Source: Nitrospinota bacterium
Lineage (GTDB): Bacteria > UBA8248
Assembly: GCA_030754595.1 (NCBI GenBank)
Contig: JASLZZ010000077.1
Coordinates: 1-64,000 of the forward strand
Direction: 5' to 3'
DNA: 64,000 nt
Part shown: positions 21,838-31,047 of the stretch, piece by piece
How positions within the stretch are numbered: position 1 is the first letter of the stretch
How the letters are laid out: every line of letters starts with the position of its first letter
Made by a program: the position numbers and the translations under genes
Notes under the pieces: generated by a model
What the model saw: only the letters and a program-made list of their open reading frames with translations
Database searches by the model: none
What the model was told of the DNA's origin: nothing

Positions 21838-23394
21838 TTAAAGTGGAATGTTCCCATGTTTCTTTTCGGGGCGCGTCTCCCGCTTGTTGGCGGTCATTTC
21901 GAGCGCCCGGATAAATTCCCGGCGAGTGTGGGCCGGTTCGATAACGGCGTCCACGAGACCCTGGCTGGCCGCCGTGTAGGGGTTCGCGAACTTTTCCCGG
22001 TATTCATCGATTTTCTCGCGCCTCATCGCCTCGGAATCTGAGGCGGCCTCGATTTCGCGGCGGAAGATAATGTTCGCGGCGCCGTCCGGCCCCATCACGG
22101 CAATCTCCGCCATGGGATAGGCGAACACCCGGTCGTAGCCCAGGCCGAAACCGCTCATCGCGATATAGGCGCCGCCGTAGCTTTTGCGAAGGATGAGGGC
22201 GATCTTGGGAACCGTCGCCTCGCTATAGGCGTAAAGGACCTTGGCGCCGTGGCGGATAACGCCGCCGTACTCCTGTTGGGTGCCGGGGAGGAATCCGGGG
22301 ACATCCACAAAGTTGAAGATGGGGAGATTGTAGGCGTCGCAAAACCGTACGAAACGCGCCAGCTTGTCCGAACTGTTGATGTCGAGAACGCCCGCTAAAT
22401 GGGCGGGTTGATTGCCCGTGACGCCCACCGGCCGCCCCGCCAGGCGGGCGAATCCGACGACGATGTTGGGGGCATATGAGGGTTGAACCTCCAGGAAATC
22501 TCCGTGGTCGAATACGTTTCCAATCACGTTGCGCACATCATAGCCCTGGGTCCCCTCGGAGGGAACGATCTCATTCAGGGCCGGATTCTCCTCCGGGGGC
22601 CAATCGCTCGCATCCGAAAGGGGTGGATCGTCCAGATTGTTGGCAGGAAGAAACGAGAGAAGCTTCCGGACGGTGGCGAAGCATTCCCGCTCGTTCGCGG
22701 CGACGAAGTGGGCGTTTCCGCTGGTGGCGCTGTGAACCGTGGCGCCGCCGAGATCCTCGAAGGTGACCTCCTCTCCAGTCACCGCCTTGATGACGTCGGG
22801 CCCGGTGATGAACATTTTACTCAACCCTTCGACCATGAAAACGAAATCGGTGATGGCCGGTGAGTAGACGGCGCCGCCCGCGCAGGGGCCGACGATGACG
22901 GAAATCTGGGGGATGACGCCCGAGGCGACTGTGTTCCGCTGAAAAATCTGGGCGTAGCCGTGAAGGGAAAGGATTCCCTCCTGAATTCGGGCCCCGCCCG
23001 AGTCGAGAATCTGTACAATCGGACAGCCGGCCTTGAGCGCGAGCTCCTGAGCCTTGACGATTTTCGCGGCGTGCATTTCGCCGAGGGAGCCGCCCAGCGT
23101 CCCGAAATCCTGGGAGACGGCAAAGACAAGCTGGCCGCCCACGGTTCCGCTGCCAGTGACGACGCCGTCGCCGGCGACTCGCCTCTCGGCCATCCCGAAA
23201 TCAGACGAGCGAGTTTCGACGAAAGCCCCGATTTCGGAAAAAGAACCCGGGTCGAGCAGAAGGTCCAGCCGATCTCTTGCCGTCAGTTTCCCTTGTTTGC
23301 GCTGTCTCTCCTTGGCGGCGTCTCCGCCCTGGGCCCGCACCATTTCGAGGCGCTCGCGCAGACCGTCAATAGGGTCTTGCATTGCTTCTCCCAC
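21838..23394 (-). CDS. mmdA: Acyl-CoA carboxyltransferase / decarboxylase alpha subunit (MmdA/PccB family)
   Basis: GKLTARDR, DSGGARIQEG, CAGGAVYSPA, VDVPGFLPG..QE.GG, KKHGNIPL. Confidence 0.93.
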   Translation of the reverse strand: MGEAMQDPIDGLRERLEMVRAQGGDAAKERQRKQGKLTARDRLDLLLDPGSFSEIGAFVETRSSDFGMAERRVAGDGVVTGSGTVGGQLVFAVSQDFGTLGGSLGEMHAAKIVKAQELALKAGCPIVQILDSGGARIQEGILSLHGYAQIFQRNTVASGVIPQISVIVGPCAGGAVYSPAITDFVFMVEGLSKMFITGPDVIKAVTGEEVTFEDLGGATVHSATSGNAHFVAANERECFATVRKLLSFLPANNLDDPPLSDASDWPPEENPALNEIVPSEGTQGYDVRNVIGNVFDHGDFLEVQPSYAPNIVVGFARLAGRPVGVTGNQPAHLAGVLDINSSDKLARFVRFCDAYNLPIFNFVDVPGFLPGTQQEYGGVIRHGAKVLYAYSEATVPKIALILRKSYGGAYIAMSGFGLGYDRVFAYPMAEIAVMGPDGAANIIFRREIEAASDSEAMRREKIDEYREKFANPYTAASQGLVDAVIEPAHTRREFIRALEMTANKRETRPEKKHGNIPL

Positions 23395-23419
23395 ATTCCA
23401 TAGGAATGGATGATGAATT

Positions 23420-23472
23420 TTGTATACCGGAGACTGAATATTAACTTAGCTCCTGAATATCATCAAAGTCAA
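23420..23472 (-). promoter_or_regulatory. Sigma70-like promoter and candidate GntR operator of the decarboxylase operon
   Basis: Minus strand TTGACT (23472-23467)-N18-TAAGTT (23448-23443); GTATAC palindrome at 23422-23427 downstream of the -10 box. Confidence 0.5.
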
Positions 23473-23607
23473 GGCCTGCGTGGATTGGTTGAAAAAAACA
23501 GATTATGTCCGAAACGCCTTGTAATTCAGGCGTACACATAGTGTGAATCAGTGTTGCTCAGCCGGCCGCCAACCCGGAATCGTCGGCTATTTTGAGACGG
23601 TAGGATT

Positions 23608-24525
23608 TCAGGCCGCGGGAGCGCCCCATTCCGGAAGCCCGGCGTGCAAGAGTTGACCGGGAAGCTGCCTGCCGAAAACCGACTCCGCGTAGGAGACCGC
23701 CTCGAGGAGTTTCCCGAGATTAATGCCTGTCTCGGCCCCCATTTCATGGAGCATGTTCACGGTGTCTTCGGTGGAAATATTCCCCGTCGCCCGGGGGGCG
23801 AAAGGGCACCCGCCCAGGCCGCCGATTGAGGTGTCGAAGGTGTCCACTCCCGCCTCAAGGCCGGCAAGAACGTTGGCCAGCCCCACGCCGCGAGTGTTAT
23901 GGAAATGGAGGGTGAATCGGATTTCGGGAAATTTCGCCCGTATATGCTCGGCCATCCGCCGAACCGCGACGGGGTTCGTCATTCCCACGGTGTCGGCCAG
24001 CCCCACCTCGTCGCACCCCATGTCGGCATAGTCCCCGGCGATTCGCTCGACCGCCTCGAGGGGGACCCGGCCTTCGTAGGGGCAGCCAAAAGCAGTCACT
24101 ACGCCGCCGCGAATTTTCATTCCCGCGCCATGAGCCTCCTTGGCCGCCTCGCGCGCCGCATCGAGCATTTTTTCGCGGCCCGCCCTCAGGTTTTTGAGGT
24201 TGAACCCCTCGCTCGCGGCGACGAACAAAACAACGCGATCAAGTTGGCACTCAAGAGCGCGCTCCATCCCCCGCATATTCGGTACGAGCGCTTCTATCTC
24301 CACCCCTGGCGGCCGCTCCATGCCCGCCAGGACCTCCGCAGCGTCGGCCATTTGGGGAACATGCCTGGGGCTCACAAAACTGGTAGCCTCGATACGCCGG
24401 ACCCCGGCCGCAACGATAAGTTCGAGCATCCGCAGCTTCTGGTCCAGTTCGACAAACTGTTTTTCCGCCTGAATACCGTCGCGGGTCCCTACCTCGACTA
24501 TATGAACCTGAGATGGCATATTCAT
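23608..24525 (-). CDS. Hydroxymethylglutaryl-CoA lyase family protein (DRE-TIM metallolyase)
   Basis: EVGTRDGIQ, SFVSP..VPQMAD, HFHNTRG, GGLGGCPFAP..TGNISTED. Confidence 0.92.
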   Translation of the reverse strand: MNMPSQVHIVEVGTRDGIQAEKQFVELDQKLRMLELIVAAGVRRIEATSFVSPRHVPQMADAAEVLAGMERPPGVEIEALVPNMRGMERALECQLDRVVLFVAASEGFNLKNLRAGREKMLDAAREAAKEAHGAGMKIRGGVVTAFGCPYEGRVPLEAVERIAGDYADMGCDEVGLADTVGMTNPVAVRRMAEHIRAKFPEIRFTLHFHNTRGVGLANVLAGLEAGVDTFDTSIGGLGGCPFAPRATGNISTEDTVNMLHEMGAETGINLGKLLEAVSYAESVFGRQLPGQLLHAGLPEWGAPAA

Positions 24526-24811
24526 TGGTGAACCTCGATATTCAAAGGGGCCAGCATCTCCTTAATTATACTCCCGGCCCCTTCCGGGGGCCAGTCTGCG
24601 CGAAGGCATTTCTCTGCGTTGGGGTTCATTGGAAAATGATAGGGCCCTAAGCTCATCGAAGAAGCTGCGCGATCATTAACAAATAATTCATGAGGTATAA
24701 AGTATTTAAAAGTTTTGTATAATTATTATCCCACGAAATTGGAATTTTACACTTTACTTGTATATGCTTTTACCATGATTCTCTTCACGAAAATTCTGCG
24801 GAGTTCGGCCC

Positions 24812-25159
24812 ATGAGTGATGGCTCAGAGAAACGCCAGCATACCCGGTACAAACTGCCGGTTTTGATTGAGGCTCCTGATATCGCCAATGACTGGCTGAG
24901 GCCGGTTGATGTCAGCATGGGCGGTTTTATGGTCAATGTGCCCGACTAGCCCAAGGTGGGATTGATCAGCGAGTGCGCCATTCGGATACAGGATAAGGTT
25001 TTTACCTGTAAAGTAACCGTGGTGTGGGTGAAAGAGGATCTATCCGAGGACCCTCTCTCTTGGAATCTGGGCCTATGGTTCAAAATGCCCGAAGATAGCG
25101 AGGAAGAATTCGAAACGGCGGTCCACACCGTCCGTTCCGACATGAAAGAGAACGATTGA
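24812..25159 (+). pseudogene. Stand-alone PilZ-domain (c-di-GMP receptor) gene with an in-frame amber stop
   Basis: MSDGSEKRQHTRYKL (RxxxR) ... DVSMGG (DxSxxG), TAG at 24947-24949, same frame continues ...CKVTVVWV...LGLWF. Confidence 0.75.
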
Positions 25160-25243
25160 TTTCAATTCGCCGAAGTTCACGGAGATATTCGGTAATATAA
25201 AATCCTCCGTCATCCCGCTTTTGAGGATGCGGCGCCGTCGGGC

Positions 25244-25762
25244 CTATGGCTCGAAAGAGCGTATGCAGGGGAGTTCCCGGTACGCCTCAGCATAGTCCAA
25301 ACCATACCCCACGAGAAAAACGTCTTCCACGGGAAATCCAACGAAATCGGCGTCGATGGCCACTTCGCGGCGTGAAGGTTTGTCGATGAAAGCGACGGAG
25401 TGTACCGATGCCGGTTTCCGGGAGCGAATTGTATTCACGACGGATTCAAGCGTTCGGCCTGTGTCGATGATGTCTTCCACGATAAGAACGCGGCGTGCGG
25501 TGATCTCTCCGGTGTCTTTGGCCTTTAGCAGTACCTCTCCCGAGCTCTCCGTACCATCTCCGTAGCTCGACGCCGTGATGAAACCGATTGTGACCTGGCG
25601 GCCGAGCGCACGAATCAGGTCCACGCCAAAATACAGGGCGCCCTTAAGGGTGATGATGACGTGGATTTTTCCGGCGGGAATGAAGGCGTTGATTTCGCAG
25701 GCGAGTTCGGCGGTCCGCCGATCGATATCCTCCCTTGAAAAGATGACTTTCCCCAAGGCCAT
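25244..25762 (-). CDS. hpt: Hypoxanthine phosphoribosyltransferase
   Basis: LKGA, SSYG, VLIVEDIIDTGRTL PRPP-binding motif, FLVGYGLDY..YRELP. Confidence 0.95.
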   Translation of the reverse strand: MALGKVIFSREDIDRRTAELACEINAFIPAGKIHVIITLKGALYFGVDLIRALGRQVTIGFITASSYGDGTESSGEVLLKAKDTGEITARRVLIVEDIIDTGRTLESVVNTIRSRKPASVHSVAFIDKPSRREVAIDADFVGFPVEDVFLVGYGLDYAEAYRELPCIRSFEP

Positions 25763-25853
25763 TAAACGGCTTCTTCTGAGAATTCGCCCGGATGGGGGGT
25801 CCGCCGTGCCCGGGATTTTGAATTTGAGCTCAGTTTGGTCAACAGGGATCCCC

Positions 25854-27029
25854 TTATCCGTTCATTGCCGCCCGAAGGAGCGAGAGCATATCTTCTTCGG
25901 TGGCGTGAACGGGGTTGGTAAGCACCTGCGGGCTTTTCGCCGCGTCCTTCGCCATGGTTTCGAATCCTTCCTCGCTTGTAATGCCGGCCTCGCGAAGGGT
26001 TGCCGATATGCCGATGTCCCGGACCAAGGAGCGGACGCTATTTATCGCAACCTGCGGGGCGGACTCGTCGCGGGGATCGACCCAGTCCGCCTCGGAGGGA
26101 TTTTGAAGAAGGGGGGCGATTTGCGCGTAATCTCCGCGGACGGCTTGGAGGTTGAACCGCATAACGGGGGGAAGAAAAATCGCGTTCGATGTCCCGTGAT
26201 GGATGTGGTGGTAGACCCCGATGGGGTGGGAGAGGGAGTGGACGATACCGAGGCCGGTATTGGTGAAGCAATGGCCGGCCCAGGTGGAAGCCAGGGAAAT
26301 CGCGCCGGCAGGTTCCGGGTCGGCGGGGTTTTCGACGAACCGGCGCGCGTATTGGCCAATGTTGGCGATAGCCTGAAGACAAAGGTTTCTCGTCCAAGGA
26401 TTGGCTTTTGGGGAAGTCATAGATTCGATGGCGTGGGTCAGGGCGTCCATTAGCGTGCCGGCGGCGATAGGAGTCGGCATCAAGGAGAGCAGTTCGGGGT
26501 CCACCACCGCGACGCGTGCGAACATCAGCGGACTGGCCATGACGGCCTTAATCTTTTGGATAGAGTCGGTGACGATGGCGCTGCAGGTCACCTCGCTCCC
26601 CGTTCCAGCCGTTGTGGGCACCGTAATCAGCGTGGGCAGCGGGCCCGGGACGTTTCCAAATCCATAATAGTCCTGGATCTTGCCGCCGTTTCCAACGAGG
26701 ACCCCGGCCGCCTTGGCCGTGTCGATGGAACTGCCTCCCCCAGCGGCGATAATGCCGTCGCAACCGCTTCCTTCGAAGGTTTTCCGGGCGCGGGCCATGC
26801 TTTCGTCGGAGGGATCGGCTTCCACCTGATCGTAGAGATGGAAATCGAGTCCGGCTTTTTCAAGACCCCGGGTAAGGGCCCCGAGGGCGCCGCACGAGGC
26901 GACTCCGGCATCGGTTATAATCATGGGCCGTTTTATTCCCAGCGCCCGTGCCTCCTCCCCGGCGAAGGCGGCCTCGCCGCGGCCAAAGCGAACGCGCGGG
27001 CCCGAGGCGATTTGAAATGGAGCGATCAT
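25854..27029 (-). CDS. Iron-containing alcohol dehydrogenase
   Basis: GGGSSIDTAK, PTTAGTGSEVT, DALTHAIES, HSLSH...HG..NA metal ligands; ATG 27029 after AGGAG. Confidence 0.93.
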   Translation of the reverse strand: MIAPFQIASGPRVRFGRGEAAFAGEEARALGIKRPMIITDAGVASCGALGALTRGLEKAGLDFHLYDQVEADPSDESMARARKTFEGSGCDGIIAAGGGSSIDTAKAAGVLVGNGGKIQDYYGFGNVPGPLPTLITVPTTAGTGSEVTCSAIVTDSIQKIKAVMASPLMFARVAVVDPELLSLMPTPIAAGTLMDALTHAIESMTSPKANPWTRNLCLQAIANIGQYARRFVENPADPEPAGAISLASTWAGHCFTNTGLGIVHSLSHPIGVYHHIHHGTSNAIFLPPVMRFNLQAVRGDYAQIAPLLQNPSEADWVDPRDESAPQVAINSVRSLVRDIGISATLREAGITSEEGFETMAKDAAKSPQVLTNPVHATEEDMLSLLRAAMNG

Positions 27030-27060
27030 GGCGATTCTCCTGGAGATGAAGAAGGAACGG

Positions 27061-27687
27061 TTATGTGTCGGTGAAACTATTTTTGAGCCTATCGAAGTCG
27101 TCCTGGGTGTCGATATCCCTGAAATTATCTTCGCTTTCCGCCTCGACGGCCGCAAGGCGGGCGGGAGATTCGTCCATGATGGATTTTAGAATGCCTTTAG
27201 CGCCCTCGTCTCCGCTCAGCGACTCGAGTCTTTCCCTGAGCCGGGAGGATATCACGACAGGATTCCCCCGGCGGCCTTTGAAAAATGGAGCGGCCGCGAG
27301 CGGCTCTCCTTCACCCGGGGCGAAGGAGGCGATCAGGCGGTCAACGAGATCGGTCTGAATAAGGGGTTGGTCCCCGAGGGCGAACAGGTAGCCGTCGGCG
27401 CCCTCGGCCGCCGCTTTTAAACCCGCTTTAAGGCTGGACGCCTGTCCTGTTTTGAAATCTGGGTTGTGAGTAAAGCGAACGCTCAGGCCCTCGAGGGCGG
27501 TCCGAACCTCGGCGGCCTGATGGCCGGTGACCACGATGACCTCGGCCGCCCTGGAATCGATGAGAGCCAGAGCGACCCGCTGCACCACACTTCCTCCGCT
27601 CAGGGGAAGGAGGAGTTTGTTTCGCCCCAGCCGGACCGAGGTGCCGGCGGCGAGAAGAATGGCCGATATTTTTGGGGACGGGGACAT
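27061..27687 (-). CDS. MocA-like molybdenum cofactor nucleotidyltransferase
   Basis: ILLAAG.S.RLG.NKLLL, LGDQP, GNPV, DIDT..D. Confidence 0.88.
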   Translation of the reverse strand: MSPSPKISAILLAAGTSVRLGRNKLLLPLSGGSVVQRVALALIDSRAAEVIVVTGHQAAEVRTALEGLSVRFTHNPDFKTGQASSLKAGLKAAAEGADGYLFALGDQPLIQTDLVDRLIASFAPGEGEPLAAAPFFKGRRGNPVVISSRLRERLESLSGDEGAKGILKSIMDESPARLAAVEAESEDNFRDIDTQDDFDRLKNSFTDT

Positions 27688-27763
27688 TGGTTTTACCTTG
27701 TTCCTGGGAAATGGAAGTTTCGCATCCTGGCCAAAATCCAAATCGTGAAAAAGAACACTTTAC

Positions 27764-27793
27764 ACTGTATGGAAAGATGCGGAGCGGTGTCAA
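27764..27793 (-). promoter_or_regulatory. Sigma70-like promoter for mocA-like/ADH/hpt
   Basis: Minus strand TTGACA (27793-27788)-N18-TACAGT (27769-27764). Confidence 0.6.
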
Positions 27794-27852
27794 TTTGCCC
27801 GTAATTCCTTTGCTTTCCGCATATTGGAGTTTCCTGCGTATGCCGGGGTTTA

Positions 27853-27881
27853 TTGACATCAAGGGGCTTCAAATCTAACAT
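27853..27881 (+). promoter_or_regulatory. Sigma70-like promoter for SDR/cyclase/flavin reductase
   Basis: TTGACA (27853-27858)-N17-TAACAT (27876-27881). Confidence 0.65.
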
Positions 27882-27940
27882 GAAGCATCTGAATTTTCCC
27901 CGAATTTTCTCCTCCTGTATTTGCGGACTGTGGAGTGCCG

Positions 27941-28699
27941 ATGGAGCGTGACTTCCAGGATCAGGTGGTCATCCTCACCGGCGGAGTTGGGGATATCGGC
28001 AGGGCGTCTGCGGCCCGCTTCGCCGCCGGCGGCGCGAAACTGGCGCTTTTCGATTCGGATGGCGGCGCCCTCGACTCCGTGGCCGGAGGTTTGAGGGCCG
28101 GAGGTTTGAGCGCCAAAGCCTCTCTTCTCCGGCGGCTCGACGTAACCGACCTTGACGCGGTGGACGCCGCGGTGGACGAGGTTCATGCCAAGTTCGGCCG
28201 AATCGACATCTTGGTGAATTGCGCGGGCATCTACCGGCATCAAAAAGTGCTGGAGATGTCAGCCGAGGACTGGGCGCAGACGCTGGATGTGAACCTGAAG
28301 GGGGTGTTCGCCGCCTGCAGGGCGGCGGGGCGGTGGATGTCGGCTCAGGAGAGCGGCGGGGCGATTGTGAACCTCGCTTCGGTCTCCGCCCAGCGGGGGA
28401 GCCTCCTCCATGCCCACTACAGCGCGTCGAAGGCGGGCGTCATCGGGTTCGGCCGGTCGCTGGCGTTGGAACTCGCGCCGAAGGTCAGGGTGAATGCGGT
28501 GGCTCCCGGCATTATCGATTCGCGCATGATCGAGGAAATGATCGAGGCTCGTGGGGAGGAGTGGAGGAAGCAGATACCCCTCGATCGGTTCGGCACGCCC
28601 GAGGACGTGGCCGATGCGATTTGTTTTTTGGCGGGCGACCGGGCTTCCTACATCAACGGCGCGGTTCTCAACGTGAACGGTGGAATGTGGATGGACTGA
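27941..28699 (+). CDS. Short-chain dehydrogenase/reductase (FabG-like SDR)
   Basis: TGGVGDIG, NCAG, S...YSASK catalytic motif, VNAVAPG. Confidence 0.93.
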   Translation: MERDFQDQVVILTGGVGDIGRASAARFAAGGAKLALFDSDGGALDSVAGGLRAGGLSAKASLLRRLDVTDLDAVDAAVDEVHAKFGRIDILVNCAGIYRHQKVLEMSAEDWAQTLDVNLKGVFAACRAAGRWMSAQESGGAIVNLASVSAQRGSLLHAHYSASKAGVIGFGRSLALELAPKVRVNAVAPGIIDSRMIEEMIEARGEEWRKQIPLDRFGTPEDVADAICFLAGDRASYINGAVLNVNGGMWMD

Positions 28700-28747
28700 T
28701 TCCGATTCTTTATTACTGAAAATTCGATCTGATCGAAGGGGAAAGAC

Positions 28748-29473
28748 ATGGCGCAAAAAACTAATTACAAAAATCACGAGGTGGTGGATCTCACCCAGGA
28801 AATTTATCAGGGGCAGCCTGTGTTTGTCGGCCACCCGGACACATGGCGGTGGACGAACATGACGCACGAAGTGAGTGCGGCGAGCGGGCGTTTTAAAAGC
28901 GAAATGAGCTACTACTGCGGCATCCTCCAGGTGTGCGAGCACGGCCCGACGCACGTGGACTCCATCAGCCATCTGGACCCCTCGCCGGACGCCCCGAATA
29001 TCGACGAGATGGGAATGGAGTTTTTCTACTCCCGCGGGTTCGCGATCGATTTCGAAAACATCGAGGACAACAGCTATATTGACGTAGACGACATCAAGAG
29101 GCGGCTCGACCACTACAATTTCGAGATCAAGCCCGGTGACACTGTCTGCTACACTTACGGCCACTACAAGCGCCACTTCCCCAACTCTTCCTATACCACC
29201 CATTACGCGGGCTGGACGCAGGCCGCCGCCGAATATGTTTACGGCGAGTGCGGCGCGCTCAATGTGGCCACCGACGCTCCGAGCATGGACATGGCCCATA
29301 GCCCGTCGTATCCGTGCCATCTTGTTTGCCGGGAACTAGGGCGCACCAACACGGAGAACCTGCGGAATATCGAGGAGGTCGTCGGCAAGGAGTTCCTGTA
29401 TATTGGGATGCCCCTGCTGATTCGGGGCGGTTCGGGTTCTCCCTGCCGCGTTGTCGCTGTGCTTAACGCCTAG
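28748..29473 (+). CDS. Cyclase-family metal-dependent hydrolase (kynurenine formamidase-like)
   Basis: VDLTQEI, EHGPTHVDSISH (HxGTHxD variant), ENL.NI, GGSGSPCRVVA. Confidence 0.88.
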   Translation: MAQKTNYKNHEVVDLTQEIYQGQPVFVGHPDTWRWTNMTHEVSAASGRFKSEMSYYCGILQVCEHGPTHVDSISHLDPSPDAPNIDEMGMEFFYSRGFAIDFENIEDNSYIDVDDIKRRLDHYNFEIKPGDTVCYTYGHYKRHFPNSSYTTHYAGWTQAAAEYVYGECGALNVATDAPSMDMAHSPSYPCHLVCRELGRTNTENLRNIEEVVGKEFLYIGMPLLIRGGSGSPCRVVAVLNA

Positions 29474-29549
29474 GCGGCCGCCGGAAAATTATTTCCCGAA
29501 TTTTATTAAACAAGGGCGGCGGCTCCCCTTTCGGCCGGGGGCATGACTA

Positions 29550-30056
29550 ATGAACATGGATCCAAAGGAATTCCGAAATACGATGGGGCGGTTCGCGACC
29601 GGAGTGACGGTCGTCACCGCTGATAACTCCGGTGTCCGGAGGGGAATGACGGCGAATGCATTTTCTTCGCTCTCCCTCGATCCGCCGCTGGTATTGGTGT
29701 GCGTCGATCACAAGGCGAGTTTTTTGAATGCGGTTCAAGGTGCCCGAAAATTCGCGATCAACTTCCTCTCCGAGGAGCAAAAAAGCGCCTCGGATTGGTT
29801 CGCTGGGAAGGGGCGCGACGCCGAAGACCAGTTCGCCGACATTGCTTTTGAGGTGGGTGAGAACGGCGCGCCCCTCCTGAGCGGAAGCCTGGCTAATCTG
29901 GAATGCGAAATCCACGAAGAGTTGCCGGGAGGAGATCACCTGATCCTCGTCGGCCGCGTGACGAGAATTGTTGCCGAGGAAGACGCCCGCCCCCCGCTCC
30001 TTTTTTATGCCGGCGCATACCGAAAGATGGATATGGACGGGGAATATGGCGGCTGA
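29550..30056 (+). CDS. Flavin reductase (HpaC/RutF-like)
   Basis: FRNTMGRFATGVTVVT, SLSLDPPLVLVC, GGDH, PLLFYAG.Y. Confidence 0.93.
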   Translation: MNMDPKEFRNTMGRFATGVTVVTADNSGVRRGMTANAFSSLSLDPPLVLVCVDHKASFLNAVQGARKFAINFLSEEQKSASDWFAGKGRDAEDQFADIAFEVGENGAPLLSGSLANLECEIHEELPGGDHLILVGRVTRIVAEEDARPPLLFYAGAYRKMDMDGEYGG

Positions 30057-30164
30057 GGTTCCTCCTCTCCCGGAATCTTCGTCCTCCGAATGATTCGTCG
30101 TTTGAGCGGCGGCGCCGTTTGGCCTCGATGATTTCATTTCGCCATAAAGGTCAGGAGCGATAGA

Positions 30165-30944
30165 GTGCTCGGCCCTATTTTTCTCGCGGTGGTTTTCGAT
30201 CTGTTCGACACATTGGTGGATTTTCGGACCGATCTGGTTCCCGTTGTGGAAATCAACGGAAAACCGGAGCGCACGACCTCGTTTAATGCCTACGAGGCCC
30301 TGCGGGAGAAAGATTATACTCTTCCCCCATATCCGGATTTTCATCGCTTATGGATCGAGACCTCCAAGGAAGTATGGGGGGAGCGGGACAGAGACCCCGA
30401 GCACCGGGAGGTTACCTCGCGGGAGCGTTTCAGAAAATTCGTGTTGCGGCTGACCGATATACAGCCCGGGCAGTGCGATGCGGCCGCTGAAATAGCCATG
30501 GAAACCCATATGGAGCGGTTGATCGGATCGACGGAATTCGACAGCGCGAGACTCGGGATGCTCGCCCGGATTCGGGATGCCGGAATAAAAATTGGCCTGG
30601 TGAGCAATTTTGATAACACCTCCGCCGCGAACAGGCTATTGACCAGGACCGGAATCGCGCCGTATCTGGAGGCGACCCTGATTTCCGGGGAGGTGGGTTA
30701 CCGGAAACCCGCCTCCCGGCTCTATCTCCAGGCGGCGAAGCTCTTGGGTGTGGATCCGGGGCGCGTTTTGTTCGTGGGAGACAATTTCGAGGCGGACGTA
30801 TCGGGCCCCCAAAGCGTCGGAATGCCCTGTGCGTGGCTGAATCCGAAGGGGGCGGCGCCTCCCGGTGAGGCGGTCCCGCCGGATTTCGAAATAAAGAGCC
30901 TGAGCGAGATTCATGGAATACTGAAACTGGACGCTTCCCAATAG
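30165..30944 (+). CDS. HAD-superfamily hydrolase
   Basis: FDLFDTL motif I, VSN, RKP, FVGDNFEADV motif IV. Confidence 0.9.
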   Translation: MLGPIFLAVVFDLFDTLVDFRTDLVPVVEINGKPERTTSFNAYEALREKDYTLPPYPDFHRLWIETSKEVWGERDRDPEHREVTSRERFRKFVLRLTDIQPGQCDAAAEIAMETHMERLIGSTEFDSARLGMLARIRDAGIKIGLVSNFDNTSAANRLLTRTGIAPYLEATLISGEVGYRKPASRLYLQAAKLLGVDPGRVLFVGDNFEADVSGPQSVGMPCAWLNPKGAAPPGEAVPPDFEIKSLSEIHGILKLDASQ

Positions 30945-31047
30945 TAGAGTCCGCCCAATTGCCGGGTCTTGTGCCGATCCTGGCTCTTTCATAAGATGCG
31001 GCGTCCTGAACCCGGAAATCTCCTTTTATCCATATAAGGATTTAGGA

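Noticed and set aside
27941..28699. Calling the SDR fabG
   Set aside because: SDR motifs alone do not give specificity, and its context (cyclase, flavin reductase) is catabolic
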